Shown one piece after another: positions 13,479 through 26,856 of a stretch of 64,000 bases of DNA. Within the stretch, counting starts at the first letter, position 1; every line of letters begins with the position of its first letter. The DNA is taken from contig OX597831.1 of assembly GCA_951406725.2 (NCBI GenBank), forward strand, positions 60,636,001 through 60,700,000, read 5' to 3'. The position numbers and the translations under genes were made by a program. The notes beneath the pieces are model-generated. The model made no database searches, had not been told where the DNA came from, and was given only the letters and a program-made list of their open reading frames with translations. The DNA is from Octopus vulgaris. Taxonomy: Eukaryota.

Positions 13479-14387
13479 GAAGCGCAATTGCATGAAATAA
13501 TACAAATAGATGTTAAACATGCAACTGTGTCAGAACTCAGGTACTGACTCTGCCAGAAACAATAGCCAAATTTCACGTAATCCCCAAGAGGCAGACACGT
13601 TGAACGATGTTCTTCTAATTGCAATGCAAGTGGACGAAAAATATACAGAGTGGTTATTGATAGACCATATTGTATCTACTAGATTTATTCGGAAACCCAG
13701 TAAACACAAACATAAATCAATATAATACACACATGTGAGTGAGAACACTTTGAGATATTTTTGGTATCTAACATATGTCAGATACTGCGAGTGCTGCTTC
13801 TGATTTGTCAATCCATGGTGATGACCCGAGGTCACGGTGACGGCACTACTTTTGTCATTCATAATTTACAACTAAACTTCATTCATTACTTTCACGAGCA
13901 GGTAGAATGTAGCCATGTAATTAAACAAACATACTATCTTTTTTATACCAGATATCACTTAAAGTCATATACACTTAAAATATAAACATTTCTGGTGGTA
14001 ATTCAATATTTTGTTGCCAAAAAAAATCACAACATATTTCGTCCGCTCGTCGATACTCTTGCAGTGCAGGTAGATCTATCAACAAGATGGCTACTGTTGT
14101 CGATATCAAGGTGAATGATTTTGTTAAGATTGATGGTAAAGATGGGGAGAGAGTGTTATCCGTTGTTCAACCTTTCGGAACATACAGAATGTTCAAAGTG
14201 AAGATCAATACTAGCCAAGTTCGACATGTTGCTGGATACAGGTTAACAAAGGTACATCTTTTACAGTTACACATTGTGACGTCACTGACGTCAAATCATG
14301 CTGTATTCATGCGCGCTTCAACACGATGTGAAGAATTTAGTTATTGGGTTAATAAAATATGGTCGTTTATTCGTGTATAATAAATAA

Positions 14388-14531
14388 AATACCAAACTCA
14401 TTCCCTATGGATACCGTATTTATTACAACTCGTGGCTTGTAAACGAATCTAACTCGCTTTCGCCCGTTAGATACGTTTACAAGCCAATCGTTATAATAAA
14501 TACGGTATCCATAGGGAACTCGTTTGGTATT
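14388..14531. repeat. Long imperfect hairpin (~65-bp arms, 12-nt loop), probably part of a non-autonomous DNA element
   Basis: ataccaaac..ttccctatggataccgtatttatt..gcttgtaaacg.atctaac / loop tcgctttcgccc / gttagat.cgtttacaagc..aataaatacggtatccatagggaa..gtttggtatt. Confidence 0.85.
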
Positions 14532-17500
14532 CTCTATATAATACAAAAACTATGAAATCGCGTGCATACAGAAGTGATTGTTCCTCAGTATAATAGTACC
14601 TTATAATTGTACGAATTTGATAATGGGATAAAATGAATAACAGTTTACCATTAGAGTTGACAAGCCGGGTACATCTACAGCCCACATAATACCAAACACA
14701 TATCCTGCTATAGAAAATGTCTAGTGTACATAACGGAAGCAAGGTATAAATGAAACAATACGTATATATTTCACACGTAGTCATCGGGGAACTTCCTAAG
14801 TAATATTTTTAATAATTGCCTGAGCAATATTATCTATATGCTGCGCAACATCATCCAAAGGAAGATATAAATAAGTTTGTTGACTTTTAAGTTGTTTCCC
14901 TATTATCCATAGCTTCCATTTCAATGTTTAACATATAGCAATAATTTAATTCGAATGACGACGGGATTATTGTATTTGATAATTTTAAAATATAGGACAT
15001 CAGGATATGCTTCGAAAATAGACTATATCTTATGTAAACATGATATCATCCTACGTGTAGATATGAGGTAGCATCGATAATAAGAAACGACATTTGGAGA
15101 AATATATTATGTCTATATTTATGAGATATAGTTGCAAATATGTAATTACGAATCTGGTGTCTCTATCTGAAGGAATTTCAATATGTTATCGTTTTCTACC
15201 TGTCCTTTCATAAGTTAATCGCACCTCAGTCACAAAAACAATCGAATAAAGAATTTCAGACAAAATTAAGCATAATGTACCTCGTGGACTGAATAGATAT
15301 TTATTGTTTTCAATGGCCACAAAGAAAGAAGTATCTCGAAATTTTAACGACACTATCTGACCTAATCTCAAAATCGAAAACAAATATGATATACTGAGGC
15401 AGGAGAGAGATTACAAGAATTGAAACACGAGACTACATAAGGTTAAATAAGGACACTATTTTCAATATATCAGAAATATAATCAATATTGGAAATACCGA
15501 ATGCCATCGAACAGAATGGGGAAACAATACGTGAATATTATACGCCAAGAAAATATTAAACAAATACTATATAGACAAAAAAGATATAACCAAACGCATC
15601 TACACTACGTACGGAAGCTTACATAAGTAGGTAATGTCACCATTTAATTTTCATATAAATGTAACATACAGGAGAAAACAGAAAATAATGGATTACACGT
15701 TGTGTTTGTAAAGTGAAAGTAAGAGATACGGGGAAAACTACTAACTTAATAAACAATAAACATTGCATTAGTATAAGTATTTTCTTTATTGTTACACGTA
15801 TTTTAAATATTGATATTTTGTATATTGTGCAGAACTATGTCTTCGAAAGAAAGTTCTGCATTTCTGTTGACAATTGTGAATAACGAACTACGATTATCTG
15901 AAATATATTAATGGAAGAATGATAAGCAGGAATGGTGAATATGGATTCTATATCTTTTTACAGGGAATCTAGCACGAAATGTGTTGTCGAAGAGAAATAA
16001 TAGAAAAAAAAAGAAACGACTTAACACTGAGTTATTCCAAGAATTGTCATTAAAAGCATTGGTTCAGCTTTTTAAAATCATTCCATTGAAACTTACCCAA
16101 AATGGAATACCAAAAACACTGGCAAACAACTAGCGTTTAGAAATAGCACGTAATGAGGAGCATATTGCAAAATATAATTTTTGGTGAAAAATATCTGCTA
16201 GTTTTATTTTGCTCATAACAAATATTCTTTTCTGTTTTCTTTCTTGTTTATTTTATTTTATTAGGAAAACCACGTTTAAGGGCAGCAATTTAGTTTCATT
16301 TTATTTTTAACCCTTGAAGCATTTTGTATGCTATAATTTTTAAGAATATATATATTTCTTTTCTGCAAACATGAGACTGTTTCTTTAAACAAAGACGTGA
16401 AACCACCATGGTAAGAAATTAAGAGTTAATGAAAAGTAACTATTTTTAAAATACCGTTTGGAATAAATACAAATATTTCATAACGCACGCAGTTTAACAG
16501 CAGCTCTTCCACATGGATGCACATATATACAGAACCTACTTGCATAAATGAACGACTTACAAGAAGAATTTTCAATACGAGCATGTTGCAATTCGACAAC
16601 TAAATTAAGAAATTTCCCGAGATGTACGCTCATTTAAATTTTATAATACTACAGACTACTTCCATATTCGTTAGTTTAATTGAGATGACAGTATTAAATA
16701 CAATGGTAGCTATCTTTGTTTCTTTACGAAATTCTAGACCAAAGTAATTTAAAAGGATGTCGTTTCTAAATCTTCAATAAACGCAAGTTAGCATTGTTAT
16801 CAAGAACTACAATTATAAACATGTTAATGATAATACTGCCAGACTTGCGTCTCCGATACTGTTTGTTAGAGATGAATAATGTAATTCAATGGTGATTCGG
16901 TTGTTCAATTAACAGGATGAACGACCTTGAAGAAGATTTCTCTTTGGGTCTCTGCAATTATAACTGTTACCAGATGACCAACACATTATCAAGCAATCCA
17001 TGGGAACTTTAAAACTCAGCACTACAATTAGAGAATAATCTTATGAATTATATGAATCTTATCAGTTTTTCTTTACCAGTAATACGTTTACATTTTGCAT
17101 GAATTTCTCAGAAAACTAAAAAAAGACATAGTGATTATGCAATTGGATTTTGCAATATTATCCATATTGGTGCGATTGTTGTTCAGTTTTTTCCATTAAA
17201 GGAGACCATACGCAAAAGTTCCAAAGTGCCACATTAGGATGAAAACTGCTTTGTGTAGGAAACACTAGTAAATATGTTATGAAAGATAACAGATAGGGGA
17301 TGGTTGGATCGGCTTTGTTAGAATATATAAATTTAATTAATAATTCAGAAGAGAGTATAATATTATTTTAACGATATAGAGGTTAAGAGAGTATTATATC
17401 TTACAACTATGAAATTGCATGTGTGTGTGTGCGGAAGTTTACAATCGGCAACATGGTATTTTTTATGCAGCAAAGCATATATGAGTCAAGTAGGATATCT

Positions 17501-18784
17501 AACCGGTATGTGTATATAATGGTTAGCGTGAAGCCAGTAACTGTAATTGGCCATTATAAATTACAAGGGATCTCAGAGAACTATTTAATCTCATTCTAAG
17601 AAAATCGTTTCGAATAATTTCGTGTTTTATGTGATTATTGAGACTTGTCTTTTATCTATTTTAAATATATTGAGGTAAGACATGAATTGTCGTAACATTT
17701 TTTCGCGGAAAATCTTTCTAGTCACATAAAAATATAGAGTAATAGTATACTACGGTAGTTAAACCTGAGATTGGAATCATATTTAAATATTTACCACATA
17801 GGAAATAAAATCGAAATGTGAAAAGGCTAAAAGTTCTTCATCATTGCATATTATCTTTGAATGTATTTTCGAAACATTTCTCTAACTTCAGCCAAACCGA
17901 ATACTAGTCAGCTTTATAAAAGAGATTCTCAAGATTTGACTCTCGTCCGTTTTACATATGTGAGGAATATATCGAAACCTTTTTATGCTGCTGTATTTTA
18001 CAATCTAACATGTAAAATAGATTTTCGTATCCAAATGAAATACACCCATATTTTGTCTTCATTTGATTCAAATTAAAATTCCATAGTTTGGCATATTGAA
18101 CTTTCCCAGATTTTAATTCAAATTTCAGATTGCGAACATTCACGGAAATGCCTACAATTTATTTAATGTTTGGAAATGCTATTCTCATAATTTCAAAATA
18201 TTCGTCAGATACACAAACTAAAATATAACGAAAATTGGAACTACAATTCCTACAGCTAAGATATTGAAAGCCATCACAAACGGACTAAATAATTCTTAAA
18301 AATAAGTGTCGAAATCTAAAACAGAGGATACACGTTCCTGATGTATGCTACGAATGCCCTATTAATCACTGTTTTTGTTTTAGCGATACATGTTTTTCGT
18401 TTCATCACAAGTATGGGGAAGTGTTTTAAAATAACCATTTCAAACTCCTCTCCTACGTATTACTGCTACTTATAGAAAGAAGAACAAAGAAAGTTTTAAT
18501 TAAAAAATTGTGTTCCATTGAATCCAGTAAAAATAAGTGAAATCAAATAATTCCTTCGATGTGTGAAATATAAATTATGAAACAAAGCAATTACTAATTT
18601 CTTTGCGGCATAATGGCAATAGTGAAGTGGAAGCGATTGAGCGAAGAGACTAGATTCATTGCAGCATGTGATGATTTTGAATTGGTAAGAGGAAAATTGG
18701 CATGCCCCAATATAATTTCAACACACATTACAAAGGTATGAGGATGGGGTTGCGTACATATATACATACATACATAATACATAC

Positions 18785-18828
<44 letters not shown>

Positions 18829-18984
18829 GTGTACGTGTGTCGACATATGTGTATCTATGCGTACGTACATACATATATGTTTGTGTGTGTATGTGCATGT
18901 ACCTATACACGTTTGTGTGAGTGTGTACGTATGTAGACGTTGTGAACGTAGGAGGTTTATGTCTATGTTCGGTAACATTGTGGT

Positions 18985-19145
18985 TGCGTGTATATTTTCT
19001 CTCTTTTCTCTGTCTTATTTTTCTAGCACTTTAGAGTAACTTTCCATTTATTCAAAGATTTTTTCATAGTGGCTGTTACCATTAATAGCCGATGAGAATG
19101 AATCGTAGCTCTTCGCTCCGATATTCAAACTCCGAGTACTATAAT
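18985..19145 (+). mobile_element. Short repeat ending in a degenerate hammerhead (19085-19142)
   Basis: atag-CCGATGA-gaat-(loop)-attc-AAA(G missing)-ctc-c-gag-TA-ctat. Confidence 0.55.
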
Positions 19146-19167
19146 GACAACGTTTGACTGTTTATTG

Positions 19168-19623
19168 CTGTATTTAGGATGGCCGTGTTGGCAGTTTAGC
19201 CAATAAAACACACGCACTATATATTTGGTGTTAAATTGCTTCAGCTTTATTTTATTTTTTTATTTTTTACTTTAATCGTATCTCGGCCAGAGTTCTTTCG
19301 TCACACTTCTGTGACCTCATCAGTGGTACTTTGCTTTCTTCTTTCTTATTTGTGTGACTTTCCTTACTAACGATCAGCCATTTTGAATTCTGTACAAAAT
19401 ACATATTGGCTGTTCGATAGTAAGGAAAGACTCAAAAATAAGAAAGAAGAAAGCAAAGAACCACTGATGAGGTCACAAAAGTGTGACCAAAAAACTCGGG
19501 CCGAAATACGATTAATGTAAAAATTTAAAAATAAAATATAGCTGAAGCAAATCAACACCAAATATATAGCGCGTGTGTTTTATTGACTAAACTTGCAACA
19601 CGACCATCCCCAAATACAACAGT
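19168..19623. mobile_element. Fold-back element, ~200-bp diverged inverted arms, each with a hammerhead motif
   Basis: 19168-19367 is approximately the reverse complement of 19419-19623. Motif 19287-19326 (-) reads cca-CTGATGA-g-gtcac-agaagt-gtgac-GAAA-gaac-TC-tgg; decayed partner from 19461 (+). Related single copy at ~35095-35280. Confidence 0.85.
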
Positions 19624-19878
19624 ATATATTTCAACACACGATTTCACATCAAGAATCTTGCAAAACGAATATATAAACGTAACTTTTACTGTTTGTTCTA
19701 AATGATAACATATATAAGTAATCGTCTATTTATCTAGGTCTCATTCTTTTTCTGTTACGTTTTATTGTCATATATATTTTTCCTCGATTTCACCAGTGTG
19801 TATAAGTGATTTAGTGTGGTTCTTGAGCCGTTCTAGCTATGCTGTGTACTATGTTGTGCCCTGATTATCTCAATCAGC

Positions 19879-19934
<56 letters not shown>

Positions 19935-19943
19935 ATATATATA

Positions 19944-19998
<55 letters not shown>

Positions 19999-20006
19999 GT
20001 GTGTGT

Positions 20007-20168
20007 GTCTCTCCTTGTTTCTCTCCTCGTTTTTTCTGTGTCCTGTTCTGTAGAAGAGTGTAGGCTCGAAACGTAAAGGACTTTTTCTATTCCTGAGCGT
20101 TATACTAATACATCTGTTTGTTTTGTACACCACCTGTCTTCGTCTTTTGTTTTTTTCGTAAACTCTCC

Positions 20169-20172
<4 letters not shown>
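20007..20172 (+). mobile_element. Short non-autonomous hammerhead-like repeat (same family as 3840-4003)
   Basis: 'ctgtagaagagtgtaggctcgaaacgtaaaggactttttctattcctgagcgttatac', embedded in (TA)n. Confidence 0.75.
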
Positions 20173-20217
<45 letters not shown>

Positions 20218-21097
20218 TTTGCAGAGATAGCCGGCGTTGCCTGTGTTACGTGCAATTGAAGAATTAGTCTTGTCAGTTATATGTTCTCTAATGAACTGGA
20301 ATACCTATGATTCGGATTTCATGAAAATTGCAGATGAGTGTTATTTCCCTCTTTACACATCCTAAAACTTCTAATCATGACACATGTTTCCCATATTACT
20401 GATCTTTATGCACAAATTCCAAAGTTCCAATCTTACGGATTTTGTTCCTGAAAAATGGAGGTCATTGAGCTCTAAAATGTAGGAATTAATGCCCCTATTT
20501 GGGATGGGTGACTTAATGTCAACCAGAGAATTTAAATTTCTGAGAATCTTTTTAAATTGGGTCTTATATCTATTGTTTGAATTTCTTTGAAATAGGAATT
20601 ATATGTATGTTCACTGGGGTTGTAAAAGAGAGCAAGGCTACAGGAAGCCAAAAGACGAATCATCACAATAAGCAGTCAGTTACACTAACATAGACGTTAC
20701 CACTCCCAATGTAGGATTCCTCAACATACAGGTGACAGGGACAGCCAAAAGATGCATTACGAGTCTATAGCAATTGGAACGGCGTGACTCAACTGAAATA
20801 ATCATTGAGAAATGAAAGCGTCACCTGTGGAGTTTGAAAATGACCACTATACTGATAAGTGACTGGATAGAATAAATCTAGAATCTATAAATGTCTTTGA
20901 AGACATTTGGGAAGGCCTTGAAATCAATGTTACCATCTGAGCACTATGTGTGACCCAGTGATAATAAAAAAAACTGAAAGGAGGTCTGCAACCAAATAAT
21001 TTTATTCAACACTTTGCAACTGAATCAGGGGAGGCAAATATGCCTCTTATTTACTTGACAATTTATGCACAACATTGCAGAAATCATAATCTAAGTA

Positions 21098-21477
21098 CAC
21101 TTGCGTCAGAAATTAATTAGCACTTCTCAAATTTCTACATTAAATAGGTTAAATCAATTAACCTATGAGCTGTTCAAAACGTCTTACGCGATGAGAAAAC
21201 TTAGTATGGTGTGATTTCGGTCCTTGCGAGGCGCTACCTATATCTATTAAACAAAGGAAGATTTGTCTGCATCCGCACTCCAAGTTGTTGTTGCACTGCT
21301 ATGTCAACATCATAAGGCTGTAGACTCTCAAACCGCTCTGCAAACAAAGTTACGTCATCGTTCTGCGCAACAGTGAACTCGCAACAAAGCAATAGTTCGA
21401 GATATGGCCACTAGGTGACAGCACATACCTTGAGTGATGAGCAAATCAAGGGTGCTAATTAATTTCTGACGGTAGTG
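21098..21477. mobile_element. Tc1/mariner-type MITE (~380 bp) with ~26-bp TIRs and TA target duplication
   Basis: ta|CACTTGCGTCAGAAATTAATTAGCAC ... GTGCTAATTAATTTCTGACGGTAGTG|ta; no internal ORF. Confidence 0.85.
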
Positions 21478-21479
21478 TA

Positions 21480-22410
21480 TATCAGTCCTCTTCTTTGAAT
21501 TGTTCACTCCATGTATAGGCAATTAATGTTTGCACGTGGTTGATGTGCTCCATGCATCATTAGGGGCTTTATTGACTTACTGTTCATCTCCTTTAGCTCT
21601 TCCTGTTTCCATTCCAGGATTCCAACGCTATACCGAACTACTGCGTCTGTGCGCGAGTTTATTGCCGAAATTATGTTTCTGGCATTCAGCTTTGAAGCCA
21701 TTATTTTTCTCAGTCGCCGTAGATACTCTATTTTATCCTTTACTTCATGATGTGGTGTCTGACTCCATCTGCCTCAAGTATTCCCAGGCTTTTATAACTG
21801 AACTGAGGTTGAATGGCATTCAACATTTCCACTCTTGGGAACCGTATGCATTCTGTCCTAGTAAGCTTACCTCGTCTCATTACCATCGGAGCAAAGTTTG
21901 AGAGTCAAAAAGACAACCTTAATATGATTAGAGAAAATCTGCGCACACTGGACTACGCTGTCCAGTTCTGCATCAAGTTTTGTGAATAGCTTCGGGTTGT
22001 CCATAAATAGTAAGTGGTTCCGTCTTCCCTTACCGCTTTCCAGAACATACCCCAACTTTGGTTTCTGTAGTATTTCACTCAAGGGGATAATTCCAAGAAC
22101 GGCTATCAGTGGGGGGACACTGTTCTCCTGGAGGATTCCTCTCTTTAATTTTTACCTCTCCTTAAACTAACTTCCCTGCTGCCAATTCCATTCTCAGCAT
22201 TCCATACAGATCCATATAAGGCTTCTCATATTTTTCTTCGCCATTTCTTCTTATTATCAAAGTTTGTGTGTGGTAGCATGTCATATGCTTTGCGATTTTC
22301 AACCCATGCCATGCTCAGGTTTGTATACTTCTCTTGCAGTTCTTGACAATTAGATTATCAATGAAAAGCTGTTCCTTCGTTCCCCAGCTCCTTTTTCGGT
22401 ACTCCTGTTA
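21480..22410 (-). mobile_element. Dong/R4-clade non-LTR retrotransposon RT remnant (stops and frameshifts)
   Basis: Minus-strand fragments GTKEQLFID..NLSMAWVENRKAYDMLPH, KRGILQENSVPPL, NHLLFMDNPKLF and LNARNIISAINS..VVRYSVGILEWKQEELKEM..MHGAHQPRANINCLY. Adjacent to (TAC)n at 22483-22540. Confidence 0.8.
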
Positions 22411-22482
22411 AATATCTAGCAGCCCACTTTTTTCAAATATCTGTACAGCCAAAGCGCCTGACATTTGTTTCCTCATAATAAT

Positions 22483-22539
<57 letters not shown>

Positions 22540-22584
22540 ATAATATTTTGTGTTTAAATCTGTCGAGGTAAATGTTGCCTCACG

Positions 22585-22770
22585 GCGGTGATCCGGCAGT
22601 AACGTTAGCATGCCGGGAAAAATTACCTGAGTTCATGTTCCGCTGTGTTCAACTTTGCCTCTACTCCTTTCGGGGCCGAAGCATTAAGCACCTTTCAATT
22701 ACTGGAATCGACATAATCGACTGGTCTACTCCCCTGAAATTCCACCAGGCTTTTTTTTAGCAGAAAGGAT
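22585..22770 (+). mobile_element. SINE family A, diverged and internally deleted
   Basis: 'ggcggtgatccggcagtaacgttagcatgccggg...gagttcatgttccgc..aactttgcct..tcctttcgggg'. Confidence 0.65.
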
Positions 22771-23587
22771 TATTATTATCATTGTTGTTGTTGTTATTGT
22801 TGTGGTCTTCGTTGTTTATTTTGTTGTTTTTGTTGTTGTTACTGCTGGTGTTGTTAGTTTGGTTCTTTTTGTTATTGTTAATATTTGATTTTCAGGATTC
22901 AGTTTTGATGATTTAGTTTTTGCTTACTAGTTACTGTTGAAGCGAATGTTGTTACCAGAATTAATAGCATAGAGTTCGGTTCTTAATTTTCCCATGTTTT
23001 GAGCATCATCTGTCTACAAGAGTTGACGAAAGAGAGAAAAAAAAGAGAGTATCCTGCTTTTATTTGGGGAAAATTTTATATTTCATTTTGAGTTAACAAC
23101 ATAAAATTACCAGTCATTATTTTATGGCACGCTTACAAGAATGAAAGTGAAATTGAACATGATAATACATTTTACATACCGAAAAACAAAGCAAAGACTT
23201 ATTCTGTATTTACTGCAACGCAAAGTGTTGATAGCGACAGCAAATATATAACACAAACATGATCATTTATATTCAAACACCGACTTTAAAAATATCGCAT
23301 GAAAAATCTTGCCAACAATAGAAGTTATATAAACACAGTACTTCAAAAGTAAATGCAAATAACAAATATAAAACAAAAGGAAATGCTGTATTTCGCAAAT
23401 GCTTTTTTTAAAAAAACAACAAAAAAACAGACCTACACGTGAAACTCAGAGTAGGAAGAGACTCGCTCGACCAAAATAAAATGTGTTATTAATATATGTG
23501 GTATTGAATATTAGTCTTTCCGACATTCGACACTAAACTGATAAACATTCACACACACACGAACACGCACTAATTTCTATGCAGGTG

Positions 23588-23634
<47 letters not shown>

Positions 23635-23681
23635 CTATATTGTACTTATATACGTACTTATACATGTATATATATATGTGC

Positions 23682-23764
<83 letters not shown>

Positions 23765-24377
23765 CTTACACACATACACACAAATATTTATATACACGTA
23801 TATATACAGATACTGTTCACTTCGTAAGAAATTATAAACTTTCGAGAGAACTTGGAATGAAGTTTCAGTTGTTGGGTGGGAGAGAGAGAGAGAGAATGAA
23901 GCAGGAGAAGATGAAGAGAAGGCTTATAAAGGATGAAGATGCGGGAATGTTGCTTTTTATGTCTGTGATTTTGGGAAGAAAATGTTTGAGACATATAGGC
24001 GTGGTCAGCCACGAGAGAACACAAAGAAATCGAACCCTTGTAAATTGTGTTACGGTTATTTTCTCAGCAGAACATGTGCAACCTTTGGAAATGTGTGCCT
24101 CTCAGTTGGAAGATTAAAGAAGCATATCGAAAGACTTCATACTGTTACACCTCTTCCATCTGTCACCCAGCGTAGCTGTGCATTATGCAATAGCATGTAA
24201 AAACCTTTGGCCGGAATCCAGAGTCTTACAAGGCCTCACATAAAATCGTCGATGACGTATTTCAATTCGTCTATCTAGTAATGGCCTCTCTCGTATACGG
24301 GAAAGCGGGTACTCTTTCTCTCCCTCTTATCTCTCTCTCCCTCTTCCCTCTCTCTATCTCTTCCCTCTCTCTCTTCT

Positions 24378-24409
<32 letters not shown>

Positions 24410-24413
<4 letters not shown>

Positions 24414-25470
24414 ACAAAGTTGAGTTGTGGGGTATCGCACGAGTGGAATTATATACGAAAGAAGGTTTGAAAATGCAATTTAAAAGATGTTTATTTACTT
24501 AACCGGTTTCACTCTTTGGAAAAAGATTGTGAAAAGTAACATAGAATATTATGAATTCAAAAAAGTTTTTTACATAATTGCCACATTGAATATTATGAAT
24601 TCAAAAAAGTTCTTTTACATAATTGCCACATTACATGTATATATATATGGTCTTGGTAACAGGGACATGTTAAGACAATAAAGAAGTTCAACAGTGTGAT
24701 GAGAATATTTGAAAAAAAGGGTCAGAAAAAAATAAAACAAATATATTATTGGAAGTTTGGTTGCGTTAATTATTGGTTGTTGCAAGTTGTCACATTACAT
24801 GTATATATACAGTCTTTGGTAAAAAGGACATAGTACAAAAGTATGGTGAGAATATTTGAAAAATTGGCAGAAAAAATTAAAATGAATATATTATACATCT
24901 CAGGGTCAGTACAGAATATTATGAATTCAAGGCGAGTTTGTTTACTGACCTGTCCGTTTTAGCAGAAATGTTGAATTGAGAAAAATGTACCCGTTTTTTT
25001 CTGTTTATGGCTTTCCTTCAAGCATCAATGATTTTGGGGTTAGCATGAGGTGAATATGTGTGTCTCTCTGCGTGTGCGTGAATAGATGTGTCTGTGTGCC
25101 TGTAGTATTTGGTCAGATGGCGTCTGTTTACCAAGTGTGTGTGGTTGTCATGGTGTTGTGTGTGCGCGTGTGTGCGCGTGCGCGTGTGTGCACGTGCGCG
25201 CGTGCAGGTGTGCGTGCGTGTGTACGCATGCATGAGTGTGGATGGCATTTGACATGGTGCTGTGTGTGTATATATGTGCCTGTATGGAGGTGAGGTCGGT
25301 GTGAGTGTGCGTGCACACACACGTATACAAGCGTCTGCGTGTGTGTGGGGGCTGTTTTTGAATGGTTTCAGGGTGGCGAAAATAAATGTGTATTGTTTAA
25401 AGAATTTTTGGGGGGTAGGATGGTGTGTGTATATATGCATGTCCGTCCGTGCGCGTCTACGCGTGTGTGC
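24410..25470 (-). mobile_element. Probable PLE 3' repeat (pLTR) remnant with internal tandem duplications
   Basis: 24410-24540 is loosely similar, in reverse, to the PLE end at 28420-28550. Contains a hammerhead 3' half (GAAA-ccgg-TT on minus) and a ~44-bp tandem duplication at 24544-24632. Confidence 0.4.
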
Positions 25471-25479
25471 GGGCCATAC

Positions 25480-25610
25480 ATACATACTACAACACATATA
25501 CACACACACATACACACACACATCACACACACATCACACACTCACACACACATATCTGACCCCACCCCCACATACACACACACAACACACACATAATATA
25601 CAAACACACA

Positions 25611-25642
<32 letters not shown>

Positions 25643-26159
25643 ACACACACATACATACATAATACACACACACACAACACACACACACACATCACACGCA
25701 CACATACATACATAATATAAATATAACACAAATACACCTAGCATATATATACATGCAATACACATACACAGCATATATATAATACACATACACAATATAT
25801 ACATACAATATACATACACAATACATACATATAATATATATATATAGACAATGCATATAAATATACATATAAATAGTGTTTACATACACATACATAAATA
25901 TACCACATATACACACAATATACATACATACAATGTATACATATACACGTACGCATACATATGACATATATATACACATAACATACACATACACAATGCA
26001 TACATATATATACATGTATTCATGCATATATAACACACCTACAGTATACATATATACAATGCACACGTACACACACATATACACATAATGTACACATACA
26101 TATACAATACACATACATACAATATACATATACACGATGCAAATAATGCACATATATAA

Positions 26160-26195
<36 letters not shown>

Positions 26196-26480
26196 CCATA
26201 CATATACACATACATATATATGTAATGCACACACACACACACACGAAATACATACATATAGCGTACACACACATATATATCTACATACCACACACACACA
26301 AACCATGTACTTACATATACACATATACCATGCATACACACACACAACACACACATATATACATATATATAAAAAACATATACACATATAAATACATACA
26401 CACACACAATGCACACACACACACGCACACACAACGCACACACACACACAACCCACACAACACTCACACGCATACATAAC
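25480..26480. repeat. ~1-kb degenerate (CA)/(TA) low-complexity tract
   Basis: Visible directly; source of many spurious ORFs. Confidence 0.9.
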
Positions 26481-26499
26481 CTACATATATATAATGCAT

Positions 26500-26855
26500 G
26501 CGTGTGCGTGCCGCGTATGTGTGTGGTCCATGCCCGCTAGTGTGCCCTATGTGTGCCGATGCGTGCATGTGTCCGCCTGCACGATATGCTGCGAGTGTGT
26601 GCGTGTCCCTGTGTGCTTGCTCTTGATGTGTGCCTAGGGGGTATGTTAGAGTATGTTTAGTTGTGGTCTGTATTTTTGAATAAGATTACTTTCCCTATTT
26701 ATTCGTGTTTGGTCTGTGGTGTTGTCCGAGCATTGGTATAGTGGGAAGACTAAGAATTTGGGGGACTTATTGTGTGCACAAAGGTCTAAGTGTCCACTTA
26801 GTGATATCTGTCTTGTGGAGGGGTCCCTCAGTTGTTGCCGGTGAACTGTCCCATC
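26500..26855 (-). mobile_element. Penelope-like GIY-YIG C-terminal fragment plus 3' UTR
   Basis: Manual translation of 26850 down to 26647: TVHRQQLRDPSTRQISLSGHLDLCAHNKSPKFLVFPLYQCSDNTTDQTRINRESNLIQKYRPQLNIL*. Confidence 0.85.
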
Positions 26856-26856
26856 T

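Noticed and set aside
13510-13725. Unique-looking 71-aa ORF and overlapping minus-strand ORFs
   Set aside because: No recognisable domain and no good flanking splice sites.
20640-20965. Possible 3' end of a Dong/R4-like element on the plus strand
   Set aside because: Only a vague resemblance (TGTAK motif, TAA-like end); too decayed to call.
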